Shown in pieces: positions 39,087 through 50,070 of a DNA stretch of 64,000 bases (positions are counted from its first letter, which is position 1; the number at the start of each line of letters is the position of its first letter). The DNA comes from an uncultured Candidatus Actinomarina sp. (GTDB lineage Bacteria > Actinomycetota > Acidimicrobiia > Actinomarinales > Actinomarinaceae): assembly GCA_902622665.1 (NCBI GenBank), contig CACNQV010000003.1:21678-85677 (forward strand), read 5' to 3'. The position numbers were made by a program, and so were the translations under genes. The notes under the pieces were generated by a model, which was given only the letters and a program-made list of their open reading frames with translations, searched no databases and had not been told where the DNA came from.

Positions 39087-40484
39087 ATGGGAAAAACGTT
39101 ATTTGAAAAAATATGGGACAGACACCTCGTTGCGTCTCTAGACGAGAGTACAAACTTGGTATTTATCGACTTACATCTTGTTCATGAAGTCACGTCACCT
39201 CAAGCATTTGATAGCTTAAGGCTAGCTGGTAGAAAAGTTAAACATCCTGAAATGACTCTTGCAACAATCGACCATGGTGTCCCAACTTCAAATAGACTAT
39301 TAGGAATCAAAGATCCATTATCTAAAATCCAAATTGAAGCTCTAGAAAATAATTGTGAAGAATTTGGAGTTACATTATTTGGTATTAACGATCCACGACA
39401 AGGAATTGTACATGTTATTGGACCAGAACAAGGCATTACCCAACCAGGAATGACCATTGTATGCGGCGATAGTCATACAGCAACTCATGGGGCGTTCGGT
39501 GCATTAGCTTTTGGTATAGGAACTTCAGAAGTAGAACATGTTCTAGCTACACAAACATTGGCAATGGAAAAACCAAAAACAATGAAAGTTGAAGTTGTGG
39601 GAAATGTATCTGAGGGTATAGGGCCAAAAGATATAATCTTAGGAATCATTAAAAAAATTGGTACTGGTGGAGGTGCTGGTCATGTTATTGAATATATAGG
39701 CGATGTTATTCAAAATATGAGTATGGAAAACAGAATGACTATCTGCAATATGTCAATTGAGGGAGGTGCTAGAGCAGGTATGATTGCGCCAGATGAAGTA
39801 ACTTTCAATTACTTAAAAGAGAAAAATTATGCTCCTAAAGATTCTGACTGGGATGATGCTATTGATGAATGGAAAAATTTACACTCTGATAAAGATGCTG
39901 TATTTGATAAAGTTGTAACAATAAACGCCGATGAACTTGAACCATCTATATCTTGGGGAACAAATCCTTCACAGGTAATTTTTGTAAATGATACTATTCC
40001 CCATCCAAATGATTTTGATGATGAATCTGAGAAAGAAGCAGCATCAAGGGCTTTGGAATATATGGATTTAAAACCCGGAGAAAAAATTAGTGAAATCCAA
40101 TTAGATAGAGTTTTTATAGGAAGCTGTACCAATGGAAGAATTGAAGATTTAAGAGAAGCTGCAGAAGTAGTAAAAGGAAAAAAAGTTTCAAAAACAATTG
40201 GCGCAATGGTTGTTCCTGGCTCAACTCTTGTTAAAAAACAAGCAGAAAAAGAAGGGCTGGACAAAATCTTTATTGAAGCAGGTTTTGATTGGAGAGAAGC
40301 AGGTTGCTCAATGTGTTTAGGAATGAATCCAGATATTTTAAGCCCCGGTGAAAGGTGCGCTTCTACATCAAATAGAAACTATGAAGGTAGGCAGGGTGCC
40401 GGAGGCCGCACTCACTTAGTAAGTCCAAAAATGGCAGCTGCTGCAGCTTTAAATGGAAAATTTGTTGATATTAGGGACTTGTAA
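39087..40484 (+). CDS. leuC: 3-isopropylmalate dehydratase large subunit
   Basis: 465 aa. TLFEKIWD start, VCGDSHT, and Fe-S ligand regions GSCTNGR and CSMCLGMN. Confidence 0.95.
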   Translation: MGKTLFEKIWDRHLVASLDESTNLVFIDLHLVHEVTSPQAFDSLRLAGRKVKHPEMTLATIDHGVPTSNRLLGIKDPLSKIQIEALENNCEEFGVTLFGINDPRQGIVHVIGPEQGITQPGMTIVCGDSHTATHGAFGALAFGIGTSEVEHVLATQTLAMEKPKTMKVEVVGNVSEGIGPKDIILGIIKKIGTGGGAGHVIEYIGDVIQNMSMENRMTICNMSIEGGARAGMIAPDEVTFNYLKEKNYAPKDSDWDDAIDEWKNLHSDKDAVFDKVVTINADELEPSISWGTNPSQVIFVNDTIPHPNDFDDESEKEAASRALEYMDLKPGEKISEIQLDRVFIGSCTNGRIEDLREAAEVVKGKKVSKTIGAMVVPGSTLVKKQAEKEGLDKIFIEAGFDWREAGCSMCLGMNPDILSPGERCASTSNRNYEGRQGAGGRTHLVSPKMAAAAALNGKFVDIRDL

Positions 40485-41072
40485 TTGAAGAAATTAAGCA
40501 CTATTAACTCAACCATGCTTCCACTTAACATGTCTAATGTTGATACTGATCAAATAATGCCCAAACAATTTCTAAAGCGTGTTGAGCGATCAGGTTATGG
40601 TGAGTTCTTATTTTATGACTGGAAGAAAGATCCAGAATTTCCCCTTAACAATAAAGCATACAAAGGGTCTAGAGTTTTAGTGGCAGGAGATAATTTTGGA
40701 ACTGGTTCTTCAAGAGAACATGCACCTTGGGGCTTGCAAGACTGGGGGTTCGATGCAATAATTTCAACTAAATTTGCTGATATTTTTAGACTAAATTCCA
40801 TCAACATCGGCCTTGTACCAATAGAGACAAATCAAAAAACAGTAGACACACTTTTTGCAAAAATTGAATCTAATCCAAGTACTAACATCATAATTTCTAT
40901 AGAGAATAAAACAGTTAAATGTGAGGAGATAGAATTTTCATTTGATTTAGATGATTTTTCTCAAAAAAGAATTCTTGAAGGTTTGGATAAAATTGATATA
41001 ACATTGGGATACACAGACCAGATAGATAACTTTAGTAAATCAAGAAAAAAATGGATGCCTAAACTAACTTAG
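40485..41072 (+). CDS. leuD: 3-isopropylmalate dehydratase small subunit
   Basis: 195 aa. The TTG start abuts the leuC stop. DTDQIMPKQFLK and GDNFGTGSSREHAPW. Confidence 0.92.
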   Translation: MKKLSTINSTMLPLNMSNVDTDQIMPKQFLKRVERSGYGEFLFYDWKKDPEFPLNNKAYKGSRVLVAGDNFGTGSSREHAPWGLQDWGFDAIISTKFADIFRLNSINIGLVPIETNQKTVDTLFAKIESNPSTNIIISIENKTVKCEEIEFSFDLDDFSQKRILEGLDKIDITLGYTDQIDNFSKSRKKWMPKLT

Positions 41073-42162
41073 ACAAAGTCAAGCTTAAACTATCTGCAAC
41101 CTCTTCCGATAATAAAAGTCCATTGTGTATTTGCAGTGACGGTCTTAAGCTTTCATTATTTTTGTATTTATCAAACCAATTTTCAATCAAGAGATTGTCA
41201 ACATATTTTTGTAAATTTGTTGATAGCTCAATAGAAGATGTTCGTGGGACTGCTCCTGGTAAGTTTGCAATTGCAGAGACAATTACGCCGTTTCTTATTT
41301 CAAAAGGTTCACTATGTGTATTAGGCTTAACACCCTCAACACAACCACCTTGGTCAATAGCAACATCAATAATGACTGTTCCTTTTTCCATTGCATTAAT
41401 ATCTTCTTCTGTTACAACAACTGGTGGCTTTCTGCCAGGCAATAGAACAGCAGCAATTACCAAATCAGCTGATCTAATTGCATTTACAGCTTCTTCAGTT
41501 CCACCAACTAATGTCGAAATATTTTCACCGTATTTATTTTTTAAATCTTTCAAAGTATCCTCATTTACATCAATCGCAATTACCGAAGCACCAATTTGAA
41601 TAGATTTTTGTATTGAAGCTCTACCAACTTCTCCGCAACCTATAACTGTGACTATTGAACTTTTTTCTTCTGAAATTGCAGAAAGAAGTACCCCTTTACC
41701 TTGAGATGAATATTCTAAAAATTGCATACCTTTCTGAACTGCTAAGTTACCCGCAATTTTTGACATTGGAATCAACAGAGGATATTCTTTTCCTTCCATT
41801 ATCATTTCAGTTGCAATACCAGTTAACTTTTTATCAAGTAGTGCCTTTGTTAAAGATAAATTTGATGATAAATGAAGGTAGCCAAACAATACATGAGATG
41901 AATTTAGAAATTCCAGTTCTTGAGGTTGAGGCTCTTTAACTTTACATATAATTTCAGAAATTTCATAAAGCTCTTCAGCAGAATATATTATTTTTGCTCC
42001 AGCATCCTCGTAATCTTGATCAGTAAATCCAGACCCTAATCCTGCTTGTGTTTCAACAAAAATATCTGCTAGACCAGTAAATTGGGCAATGTGTTGAGGT
42101 ATTAATGCAATTCTTCCTTCGTCTTGTTTTACCTCTCTAGGAATCCCAAGCTTTTTAATCAT
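41059..42162 (-). CDS. ald: Alanine dehydrogenase
   Basis: 367 aa. It aligns by eye along its whole length with AlaDH: GIPREVKQDEGRIALIP, KVKEP, GYLHL, VIGCGEVG and IDVAIDQGGC. The conserved Arg, Lys, His and Asp positions are present. Confidence 0.85.
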   Translation of the reverse strand: MIKKLGIPREVKQDEGRIALIPQHIAQFTGLADIFVETQAGLGSGFTDQDYEDAGAKIIYSAEELYEISEIICKVKEPQPQELEFLNSSHVLFGYLHLSSNLSLTKALLDKKLTGIATEMIMEGKEYPLLIPMSKIAGNLAVQKGMQFLEYSSQGKGVLLSAISEEKSSIVTVIGCGEVGRASIQKSIQIGASVIAIDVNEDTLKDLKNKYGENISTLVGGTEEAVNAIRSADLVIAAVLLPGRKPPVVVTEEDINAMEKGTVIIDVAIDQGGCVEGVKPNTHSEPFEIRNGVIVSAIANLPGAVPRTSSIELSTNLQKYVDNLLIENWFDKYKNNESLRPSLQIHNGLLLSEEVADSLSLTLSKLV

Positions 42163-43270
42163 TTGCAGGAATTGTTTCCTGTAAGTGTTTATCTAAATAT
42201 TTCATGAATGGAGTTCCACCTGTACCAACAATATTAGAATTTGAATTATTTGTTAAGGACTGTTCGTAGATATAAATTCTCGCATACTCTAAGTGCTTGT
42301 CTCTGAAGATATGCACTTCTTTTATCAATTCATTTATTAATGTAACTGATTTTTCATTTAGATCTAATTTAGTTCTTTCATTTCTTGACCATTGATCTAA
42401 GCCATTAAGCAGCTCCCTATGCTCTTTTGGCATATACAATCTCATCTCATCAAGATACTCTCTTAAAGGATCATTGGAATGAGTGATTCCTAAAAGAGCA
42501 TCCAAAGCAGGAACAATTGAACTTTGGGCGCCTGTTTCCCCCCTAAAAAGCTGTGGTTTTCCACCATATTCATCTACGCCTTCGTAAATTACACCGTCAG
42601 GTGTTCCTGGATTATTTTTCCAGCCAAATATATAAGGCCTGACTCGATTGTAATAAATAAATGGATCACATTTTTCTGGCATTCTATTCATAATCGCATT
42701 TATCTTTTTGATACTATCTAATGCTTTCTGTAAATATGATTGATCTAAGTTTTTTTCAAGAAAGTAGGATTTCAAATTTGATAATATTTCTTTTGCTTCA
42801 TACTCAATGGCAACATGAATCATGATAAACCAGTCTTCATCTACTCCTCCTAGAAAATTTTGCATAATCACAATATTTTCTAAATCAAAAGGCTTTGTGT
42901 CATCAAGCATTTTCCAATTATTTAAGGCGTATGACGCATAGGACAGGATAGGTGGTCTTTCTAATTTTTCAGATATAGCAAACCACGTTACGGCAAGCTC
43001 CGCAGGGATTGTATTTTCAACGTGTTTTTTTCCCCACATATATGCGTGACCTATGTAGGAATACAGTAGCATGGCTCTTTCCAGTTCACTGATATTTAAA
43101 TTGTTGATATCTTTATTTCGCTCTAATTGTCCTACTCTTTCAACAATTTGTTCATTTGCAAGCACTTTTGGTAATTCCCTCGCAAGGTTTTCTACATCAT
43201 CAAAGCTTGCTGGTAGCTTTTCACATATTTGGTTTGGTATAAAACCACTATCTAATATTTCTTGATGCAT
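42155..43270 (-). CDS. Indoleamine 2,3-dioxygenase (IDO)-family heme dioxygenase
   Basis: 371 aa. PPILSYASYALNNW, GETGAQSSIVPALDALLGI, YMPKEHRELL, a proximal-His region FRDKHLEYA and a C-terminal GTGGT. All are collinear with eukaryotic IDO motifs as I recall them. Confidence 0.8.
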   Translation of the reverse strand: MHQEILDSGFIPNQICEKLPASFDDVENLARELPKVLANEQIVERVGQLERNKDINNLNISELERAMLLYSYIGHAYMWGKKHVENTIPAELAVTWFAISEKLERPPILSYASYALNNWKMLDDTKPFDLENIVIMQNFLGGVDEDWFIMIHVAIEYEAKEILSNLKSYFLEKNLDQSYLQKALDSIKKINAIMNRMPEKCDPFIYYNRVRPYIFGWKNNPGTPDGVIYEGVDEYGGKPQLFRGETGAQSSIVPALDALLGITHSNDPLREYLDEMRLYMPKEHRELLNGLDQWSRNERTKLDLNEKSVTLINELIKEVHIFRDKHLEYARIYIYEQSLTNNSNSNIVGTGGTPFMKYLDKHLQETIPAND

Positions 43271-43336
43271 TGTCCCCCTTCAAGATTTACAAAATTATAG
43301 CTTCTACATTACAATGGTAAACTATTCTTTGAAAAG

Positions 43337-44830
43337 ATGAAAAGTAAATTTTTTGTAATACTTGGAAATCAGCTATTTAATCCAAAGATTCTAAAGAAAA
43401 ATGGCTGTAGTGAAGTTTTTATGGCTGAAGATTTTGGTCTTTGTACATATTTTAAACATCATAAATTAAAGCTTTATTTATTTCTTGCTGGCATGCGTGA
43501 ATACAGAGATGAACTGCAAAATGAATCAATCTTTGTAAATTATTTTGAACTTTCAAGTCGTAAAAAAGAAGAGAGTTATGTTGACTCACTAATTAGGTTT
43601 CTAAAAAAGAAAAAACTATCTGAAATTAATATTTTTGAAATAGAAGATAAAGGTTTTGAAGAAGAGTTTCTTAAGGCATTAAAGGCTGCAAATGTAACAG
43701 TAAATATCATTAAATCACCGATGTTTATATTTGAAAGGAATGAATTTGTTTCTATGGCAAAAGGAAAAAAAGTATACAGGATGTCTTCCTTTTATCAAAA
43801 AGCTAGAAAAAATTTAGATATTTTAATGGATGAAAATCAAAAACCTATTGGTGGAAAATGGTCTTTTGACGAGGAGAATAGAAAAAAAATACCAAAAAAT
43901 GTTGAGCCTCCTGAAATGATTACTTTTAAAGAGTCAAAATATGATGAAGAAATTAAAAGACTTATTGTTAACAATTTTAATGATCATCCAGGAAATTTAG
44001 AAAATGTTTGGTTTCCTGTAAACAGAGCTGGCGCTGAAAAACAGCTTGATAATTTTCTTAAAGTTCGTTTTGAAAACTTTGGAATTTACGAAGACGCAAT
44101 GCTGGAAGATAAAAATTTTCTTTTTCACAGCTGCATAAGCCCCTTTTTAAACATAGGTCTTTTAACGCCTGATAAAGTAATAAAAAAAGCTTTACAACAT
44201 GCTAAAAAAAATAATGTACCAATGAACTCACTAGAAGGGTTTGTAAGACAAGTAATAGGCTGGAGAGAATTTATTAGGGGAATCTATCATGAAGAAGGTG
44301 CCTTGCAATTTAAAAGTAACTACTGGAAGCATTCAAAAAAGCTAACTTCATCGTGGTATGACGGAACAACTGGCATTGATCCACTGGATGATTGTATAAA
44401 AACTACACTTAAAGATGGTTACATACACCATATTCCACGGTTAATGGTTATAAGCAATATCATGAATTTATGTGGAGTAGATCCTAAGGAAATCAATAAA
44501 TGGTTTATGGAAATGTATATAGACTCTTCTGATTGGGTTATGGTTCCGAATGTTTTTGGGATGGCTACATATGCTGATGGAGGAATGATGTCAACAAAAC
44601 CATATACATGTGGTTCAAACTATATCTTGAAAATGAGTAATTATAAAAAAGGTGACTGGTGTGAAACACTTGATGGTTTATATTGGAAATTTACAGAAAA
44701 GAATAGGAAGTTTTATGAAAATAATCCCAGACTTGCATTACTTACAAGATCTCTTGATCGTCTTAATCCTGAAAGAAAAAATCACATTTTTAAAAAAGCT
44801 GAAGATTTTATAAATCAAAATACTATGTAA
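43337..44830 (+). CDS. Cryptochrome/photolyase-family protein of the FeS-BCP / prokaryotic (6-4) photolyase (PhrB/CryB) type
   Basis: 497 aa. VILGNQL, HHKLKLYLFLAGMREYRDEL, EGFVRQVIGWREFIRGIY and TKPYTCGSNYILKMSNY are collinear with PhrB-like proteins. Confidence 0.85.
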   Translation: MKSKFFVILGNQLFNPKILKKNGCSEVFMAEDFGLCTYFKHHKLKLYLFLAGMREYRDELQNESIFVNYFELSSRKKEESYVDSLIRFLKKKKLSEINIFEIEDKGFEEEFLKALKAANVTVNIIKSPMFIFERNEFVSMAKGKKVYRMSSFYQKARKNLDILMDENQKPIGGKWSFDEENRKKIPKNVEPPEMITFKESKYDEEIKRLIVNNFNDHPGNLENVWFPVNRAGAEKQLDNFLKVRFENFGIYEDAMLEDKNFLFHSCISPFLNIGLLTPDKVIKKALQHAKKNNVPMNSLEGFVRQVIGWREFIRGIYHEEGALQFKSNYWKHSKKLTSSWYDGTTGIDPLDDCIKTTLKDGYIHHIPRLMVISNIMNLCGVDPKEINKWFMEMYIDSSDWVMVPNVFGMATYADGGMMSTKPYTCGSNYILKMSNYKKGDWCETLDGLYWKFTEKNRKFYENNPRLALLTRSLDRLNPERKNHIFKKAEDFINQNTM

Positions 44831-44837
44831 ATATTTT

Positions 44838-45614
44838 TTATTTGTTTAAATAATTGCGAAATAAAATTGGTTCATCGGTTATAACGCCATCGCATCCAAT
44901 TTCTAAACAAGTCTTAAAATTATCTATTGAATTTACAGTCCATACATGTAGTTGAAGATTATTTAATTTACAAAAATCCACCAGTTTTTTTGAATAAACT
45001 TGTATCCCTCTCCACTTAAAAGGAGCTTGGAGTGCTTGAACCTTAAAATTTCTTTTTTGTAAAGGTAAAAATCGTGCAATAGCATTTTCTCGAAAAGTTC
45101 CGGAGGTTAATATTTCTCCCTTGCTTACATTTAAAAATTCGTCTAATCTTTTCGGGCTAAATGATGAAACTAATACTCTTTCTTTTGCATTTAAAGAGTT
45201 TATTATTTCAACAACCTTTTTTGCCATTCCCGTTTGCTTTAAATCAAGATTAAATTTTAACTTTTCACTCATCTTTAAGGCATCAACTAACCTAACAAAA
45301 TTAGTTGTTTTATCATTTTGTTGACTTTTTTGATAAAACTTATACCCAGCATTAATTTTTGAAATTTCACTCCAATTAAAGTCCTGGACTTTTCCAGATA
45401 CATTTGTCGTTCTGTCGAAAGTTTCATCATGATGAAGAAAAATTTCACCATCTTTAGACATACGTAAGTCAGTTTCAAAATGTGAAAATCCTTCTTTAAT
45501 TGCTACCTCAACACCATGAAGTGTATTCTCAGGTACTATATTTGACCCTCCACGATGAGGAATAATCAGTGGTTTATCACCATCAAAATATGATTTATTA
45601 TCCAGAAACTCCAC
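44838..45614 (-). CDS. Glycerophosphodiester phosphodiesterase
   Basis: 258 aa. IIPHRGGSNIVPENTL, FETDLRMSKDG and HVWTVN motifs. Confidence 0.85.
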   Translation of the reverse strand: MEFLDNKSYFDGDKPLIIPHRGGSNIVPENTLHGVEVAIKEGFSHFETDLRMSKDGEIFLHHDETFDRTTNVSGKVQDFNWSEISKINAGYKFYQKSQQNDKTTNFVRLVDALKMSEKLKFNLDLKQTGMAKKVVEIINSLNAKERVLVSSFSPKRLDEFLNVSKGEILTSGTFRENAIARFLPLQKRNFKVQALQAPFKWRGIQVYSKKLVDFCKLNNLQLHVWTVNSIDNFKTCLEIGCDGVITDEPILFRNYLNK

Positions 45615-46923
45615 CTGTAAAATTAAAGTTTTTTAAATGTAGGGCTGGTACTTTTAACATACCTTCTCCAAATTCTGAATCTGCATATCTCGACCTATCC
45701 CCAATAGATAGAACATTTCCAGGTGCAAGTGAAGCCATAAAACTTTGTGTAAATCTTAATCTACCAACAGGTTTAACTATCTTTCCATTTTCAATCAAAA
45801 AAGATCCATTTCGATTTAACCCAGTTACAACTTGGGTGATTGGATCTAAAACCCTGCAGTACCAAAACTCATTTATGTAAATACCCTTTTTAACGCTTTT
45901 TATCATTTCTTCTTGTGAAGCATTACCCTCTGAAAGTTTAATATTTGTACCTATTCCACCAAAATTTTCTCCCCAACCAAACAATTCATGAAAAGTGTTT
46001 TCAGAACTTAATTCCTTAGCAGTTCGCCTAGTATGAAAATAAGATTTTGAAATTCCATCTTTAACAACTTCTAGGTTTTTTTTCTTTGAGCCGGAAGCAT
46101 CAATCTTAAACCCAATTGATTCATTATCTTCTGGAGTGTCGAGAATGTTTATTTGGCTATCAAACTGTTTTTCATCAATATTTATTGGACTCATGCCATC
46201 AATTTTACTTTTTGCATTAAAACCATAAACTCCGAGAAAAACCAATATAGTGCTTACTGCTTCGTGACCAAGAATTACTTCATAATTTCCTGGTTCAATG
46301 TCTTCTGGATTTTCACTGTCTTTTGCTAGTTTTGCAGCTTCGCTACCAGCATGTTGAGCTTCTATATCTGACAATATTATTCCTCCCCTATGAGAAGACC
46401 CAGCTGATGATTGTGTTCTAAAAATTCCATCAATAAACGCACTGCTAGATGAATCCGAAGAATTTAACCCATTAGTATTCCATACAAAATAATTATTTAT
46501 ATAGCTAGAGCAGTATCCTGCTGCGTTCATTTGCTTTCCCTCAGAAACAAATTCTTGAACCTTATTAGCCCTTTCATCAGGTGATGATTCAACCAGTTTG
46601 GAAAGGGCATTATAGGATTGGGAGGCATCAGGAAGGCCGGCCCAACCTTTGTCTATTGGGCTTTTACTTAAAGAGTCCATAGCTTTAGAAACAAATTCTT
46701 TAGGATTTTTTAATGCTGTTAAATTAGTTGACATAGTTACAGTTTTAGAATCATTGTGTAATGTTAAAAATACATCGGCAGATTCTTCATCCACATTTTG
46801 ATGAATTTGAGAATTAGCAAACCTAGTTAGTGCACTTTTTGAGTGCATCATTTTTAATTCACATTCTGTATCAGAAGGAATGTTTTTTTCAATATCTTGA
46901 AGTAGGTCTTCCCAAATTTTCAT
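45598..46923 (-). CDS. pmbA: TldD/PmbA-family metalloprotease, PmbA-like partner
   Basis: 441 aa. Paired with, and overlapping by 4 nt, a TldD-like gene. It has the C-terminal Gly-rich family pattern and lacks a clear HExxxH. Confidence 0.8.
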   Translation of the reverse strand: MKIWEDLLQDIEKNIPSDTECELKMMHSKSALTRFANSQIHQNVDEESADVFLTLHNDSKTVTMSTNLTALKNPKEFVSKAMDSLSKSPIDKGWAGLPDASQSYNALSKLVESSPDERANKVQEFVSEGKQMNAAGYCSSYINNYFVWNTNGLNSSDSSSSAFIDGIFRTQSSAGSSHRGGIILSDIEAQHAGSEAAKLAKDSENPEDIEPGNYEVILGHEAVSTILVFLGVYGFNAKSKIDGMSPINIDEKQFDSQINILDTPEDNESIGFKIDASGSKKKNLEVVKDGISKSYFHTRRTAKELSSENTFHELFGWGENFGGIGTNIKLSEGNASQEEMIKSVKKGIYINEFWYCRVLDPITQVVTGLNRNGSFLIENGKIVKPVGRLRFTQSFMASLAPGNVLSIGDRSRYADSEFGEGMLKVPALHLKNFNFTGGVSG

Positions 46924-48356
46924 CCACGAACTCCAATACGCGTATTTTTAAATCTTGCTGGAGAAGCTGGGTGTCCAGTGTGTCCAATTTGGCTTGGTTG
47001 CCCTTTGCCACAGTTTGGAGTTCCCCAAAATACCCATTCTTCCTCACCTGACAACATATCCATATTTCCCCAAAACTCAGGTGTAATTCCCGTATAGGTC
47101 GGATTCTTTACCATATCAATTATTTTTCCATTTTTAACTAACCAACCAACTTCACATCCAAATTGAAAATTTAGTCTTAAGTCATCTATGGACCAAGAAC
47201 GGTTAGTTTCCATGTAGATTCCCTCATCTGTAGCTTCTATAATTTCATCTAACGATGAGTCACCTGGAAGCAGGCCTACATTAGTCATCCTTACCATGGG
47301 CAATCTTCCAAAACCATCTGCACGAACCATACCACCCGGTGGTACTCCTGCAACAGCAGCACTATCTCTACCTGACAAGACTCCGGTCCAAATTCCTTCT
47401 TTTACAATATCAACTCTTTGGGCAGGAGTTCCTTCGTCATCGTATTTAAATGTTGCAAGTGCTCCAGGAAGTGTGGCGTCAGCAACTATATTCATTAATT
47501 CTGAACCATATTTGTGCTTATTTAATTTTTTAAGATCCAAATGAGAGGTTCCAGCATAAGCTGCTTCCCAACCTAAAATTCTGTCAAGCTCAATAGCATG
47601 CCCTACAGATTCATGAATTTGTAAAGCAAGCTGACTACCCTCAAGTATCAAGTCCATCGTTCCTTGGGGACATTGAGGAGCTACCAAAAGCCTTTGGGAT
47701 TCCTCAGCTAATCTGTCTAAATGACTTTCGAATTCAAAACTTTTTATTATTTCCCAACCACCAGTTCTATATTCACCAAAAGATTGCGGGTATGACCTTA
47801 TTTGGGTTTCGCCATCGCCTACTGATAATGAAGATATTCCTCCTCCGGATTCAATAATATTTTGATATATTTTGTGGCCCTGACTTGAAGCAAACCACTT
47901 TTCTGTATCCCAAAAATCTAATCTTCCAAAAGCTCTAGAGCTACCGAGTTTTTTCATCTTTTCAGTAGATGAAATTAAAAGATCTATTTGTTCAGAACTG
48001 GAGACTAAAAAAGGATTTTCTTCGTGTGGAGTCGTATAGGTATCTTCAACTACAGGTACATCGGCAAATGGTAATTCTTCTCCAGCAACCTTTGCAGATG
48101 CTTTTGCTATTTCGAAAGATTTCTTTCCAGCTTGTTTTAGAGATTCATTTGATAAATCATATGTAGAGTAAAAGCCCCAAGAAGAACCTACTAATGCTCT
48201 TACGCCAATACCGATTTTTTCATTTTCATTTAGATTTTCAATTTCGCCATTCTTTGCAGCGATATTTCTAGACTTAGAAATCAGAATACGAGCATCAGCA
48301 TATTTTGCACCACTGCTTATTGCTGAATCAATACATAGGTTAATTTCTGAAAACAT
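46920..48356 (-). CDS. tldD: TldD-family metalloprotease
   Basis: 478 aa. The HESVGHAIELD (HExxxH) zinc motif is typical of TldD. Confidence 0.9.
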   Translation of the reverse strand: MFSEINLCIDSAISSGAKYADARILISKSRNIAAKNGEIENLNENEKIGIGVRALVGSSWGFYSTYDLSNESLKQAGKKSFEIAKASAKVAGEELPFADVPVVEDTYTTPHEENPFLVSSSEQIDLLISSTEKMKKLGSSRAFGRLDFWDTEKWFASSQGHKIYQNIIESGGGISSLSVGDGETQIRSYPQSFGEYRTGGWEIIKSFEFESHLDRLAEESQRLLVAPQCPQGTMDLILEGSQLALQIHESVGHAIELDRILGWEAAYAGTSHLDLKKLNKHKYGSELMNIVADATLPGALATFKYDDEGTPAQRVDIVKEGIWTGVLSGRDSAAVAGVPPGGMVRADGFGRLPMVRMTNVGLLPGDSSLDEIIEATDEGIYMETNRSWSIDDLRLNFQFGCEVGWLVKNGKIIDMVKNPTYTGITPEFWGNMDMLSGEEEWVFWGTPNCGKGQPSQIGHTGHPASPARFKNTRIGVRG

Positions 48357-48407
48357 TTTTAATTCATTTTACACAAATATAAGTTACATTGTTTGTAATC
48401 TTGTAGT

Positions 48408-48959
48408 GTGAAACATATAACAGTTTTTGGTTCATCTAGATGCGTCGAAGATGACCAAGAATATATATTTGCAGAGAGTGTTGGAAGCATGCTTGGGAAA
48501 CTAGGGCACAATGTTGCTACTGGAGGGTACCAAGGAACAATGGAAGCAATTTCAAAAGGTGCTAGTAAACATAACGTAGACGTAATTGGTATCACTGTTC
48601 CTTCATTGTTTTCCAATATGAGTAAAGATAATTTTGAAGTTAATACAAACGAGTACATTAATAAAGAAATTAAAACAGAAAGTTTGTCGAATAGAATCCA
48701 TTACTTACTTGAAAATTCTAAAGCTATTGTTGTTCTTCCTGGGAAAATAGGAACACTTACTGAGCTTATTGTTGCATGGAATACAAATTACTTATACAAC
48801 ATAAGTAAAGATAAGGACGTTATACCAATTTTTTTAAAAAAAGGGTACTGGAAAGAAATTATTGACAATATGCCTAGGGATATGGAGCTAAATAATAATT
48901 TTTTCGAATATTATAGAAATGTTGAGGAGTTAAAAAAATTTATAGAAAAATTAGACTAA
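48408..48959 (+). CDS. LOG / TIGR00725-like Rossmann protein ('lysine decarboxylase-like' family)
   Basis: 183 aa. [17 protein letters not shown] and [13 protein letters not shown]. The canonical PGGxGTxxE has Lys at the second Gly. Confidence 0.65.
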   Translation: MKHITVFGSSRCVEDDQEYIFAESVGSMLGKLGHNVATGGYQGTMEAISKGASKHNVDVIGITVPSLFSNMSKDNFEVNTNEYINKEIKTESLSNRIHYLLENSKAIVVLPGKIGTLTELIVAWNTNYLYNISKDKDVIPIFLKKGYWKEIIDNMPRDMELNNNFFEYYRNVEELKKFIEKLD

Positions 48960-50006
48960 ATCTTGTTCTCTAATCCCAAATGATGGATGGCGAAGTCTAC
49001 AAAGAGCAAGTTTTTCTAATTGTCTAATTCTTTCACGAGTTAGATCAAATTCTTCACCTATTTCTTCAAGAGTTCTTGGAACACCATCATAGAATCCATA
49101 TCTTAATGCTAATATTCTTCCCTCTCTCTCAGGAAGTCTACTTATGCTATCTCTTAAACTCTCTGCAACATCAAGGTCTTGGACAATTAATGATGGATCA
49201 CTTGCGTCTTCATCTTGAATGAAGTCCCCGAGCTGTGCTCCGTCTTCTCCAACAGGTTGCTCTAGAGAAACTGTATCAGCAACACTTAAAGCTAGTTCTA
49301 CCTTATCAACACCTACACCTGCCTCTTTAGCAATTTCTTGCGGTTTTGGGTCTCTACCTAGTTCAGCCTTGAGTTGTGCTTGTGCTGCACGAACTGCTGC
49401 CATAGTATCATGAAGGTGTACAGGAATTCTTACTGTTCTTGACTTATCAGCAATGGCTCTTGTTATGGCTTGCCTAATCCACCAAGTTGCATAAGTTGAA
49501 AATTTAAATCCCTTACGCCAATCGAACTTTTCAACGGCACGTATTAAACCAAGGTTTCCTTCCTGGATTAAATCTAGAAAATCTATACCTGAGGTGTTTG
49601 CGTATCTTCTTGCATTAGCAACAACGAGTCTTAGATTTGCTGTTAGGAATGCATCTTTGGCCTCGGCGCCTTTTTTTCTATCTCTTTTTAATCTGATTTC
49701 ACCTTTTTTATCTTTAAATTGTTTCTTTTGAAGTTTTATAGAAGCTTTTTCGCCAGATTCAATTTTCTGAGCTAATTCAACTTCTTGTTCTGCAGTTAAT
49801 AGATCAAAATTTCCAATTGCGGTAAGGTACTGACTAACTAAATCAGTAGTGAGCTTTCCTTTATCATCAGCTAATTTTTTTGTTAAGGATTTTGCCTTTT
49901 CACGTGCTGCCTTCTCCTGTTCTGGAGTTAAAGTCGTATCTTCATTCGAAAAATCAGCTTCTTTAGCCTCTGGCTTTGGTTTAGAAGGTATTGTTTTGGT
50001 AACCAT
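48951..50006 (-). CDS. RNA polymerase sigma-70 factor, group 1/2 (principal-like)
   Basis: 351 aa. Region 1.2 [28 protein letters not shown], region 2 [37 protein letters not shown], and region 4 [20 protein letters not shown] cannot tell whether it is the housekeeping sigma. Confidence 0.9.
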   Translation of the reverse strand: MVTKTIPSKPKPEAKEADFSNEDTTLTPEQEKAAREKAKSLTKKLADDKGKLTTDLVSQYLTAIGNFDLLTAEQEVELAQKIESGEKASIKLQKKQFKDKKGEIRLKRDRKKGAEAKDAFLTANLRLVVANARRYANTSGIDFLDLIQEGNLGLIRAVEKFDWRKGFKFSTYATWWIRQAITRAIADKSRTVRIPVHLHDTMAAVRAAQAQLKAELGRDPKPQEIAKEAGVGVDKVELALSVADTVSLEQPVGEDGAQLGDFIQDEDASDPSLIVQDLDVAESLRDSISRLPEREGRILALRYGFYDGVPRTLEEIGEEFDLTRERIRQLEKLALCRLRHPSFGIREQDLV

Positions 50007-50070
50007 TAGTAATTTTGACCCTCAAGCTTTCTATTCAGTTACAAAGGTGAATAATATACAGACAATTAAT

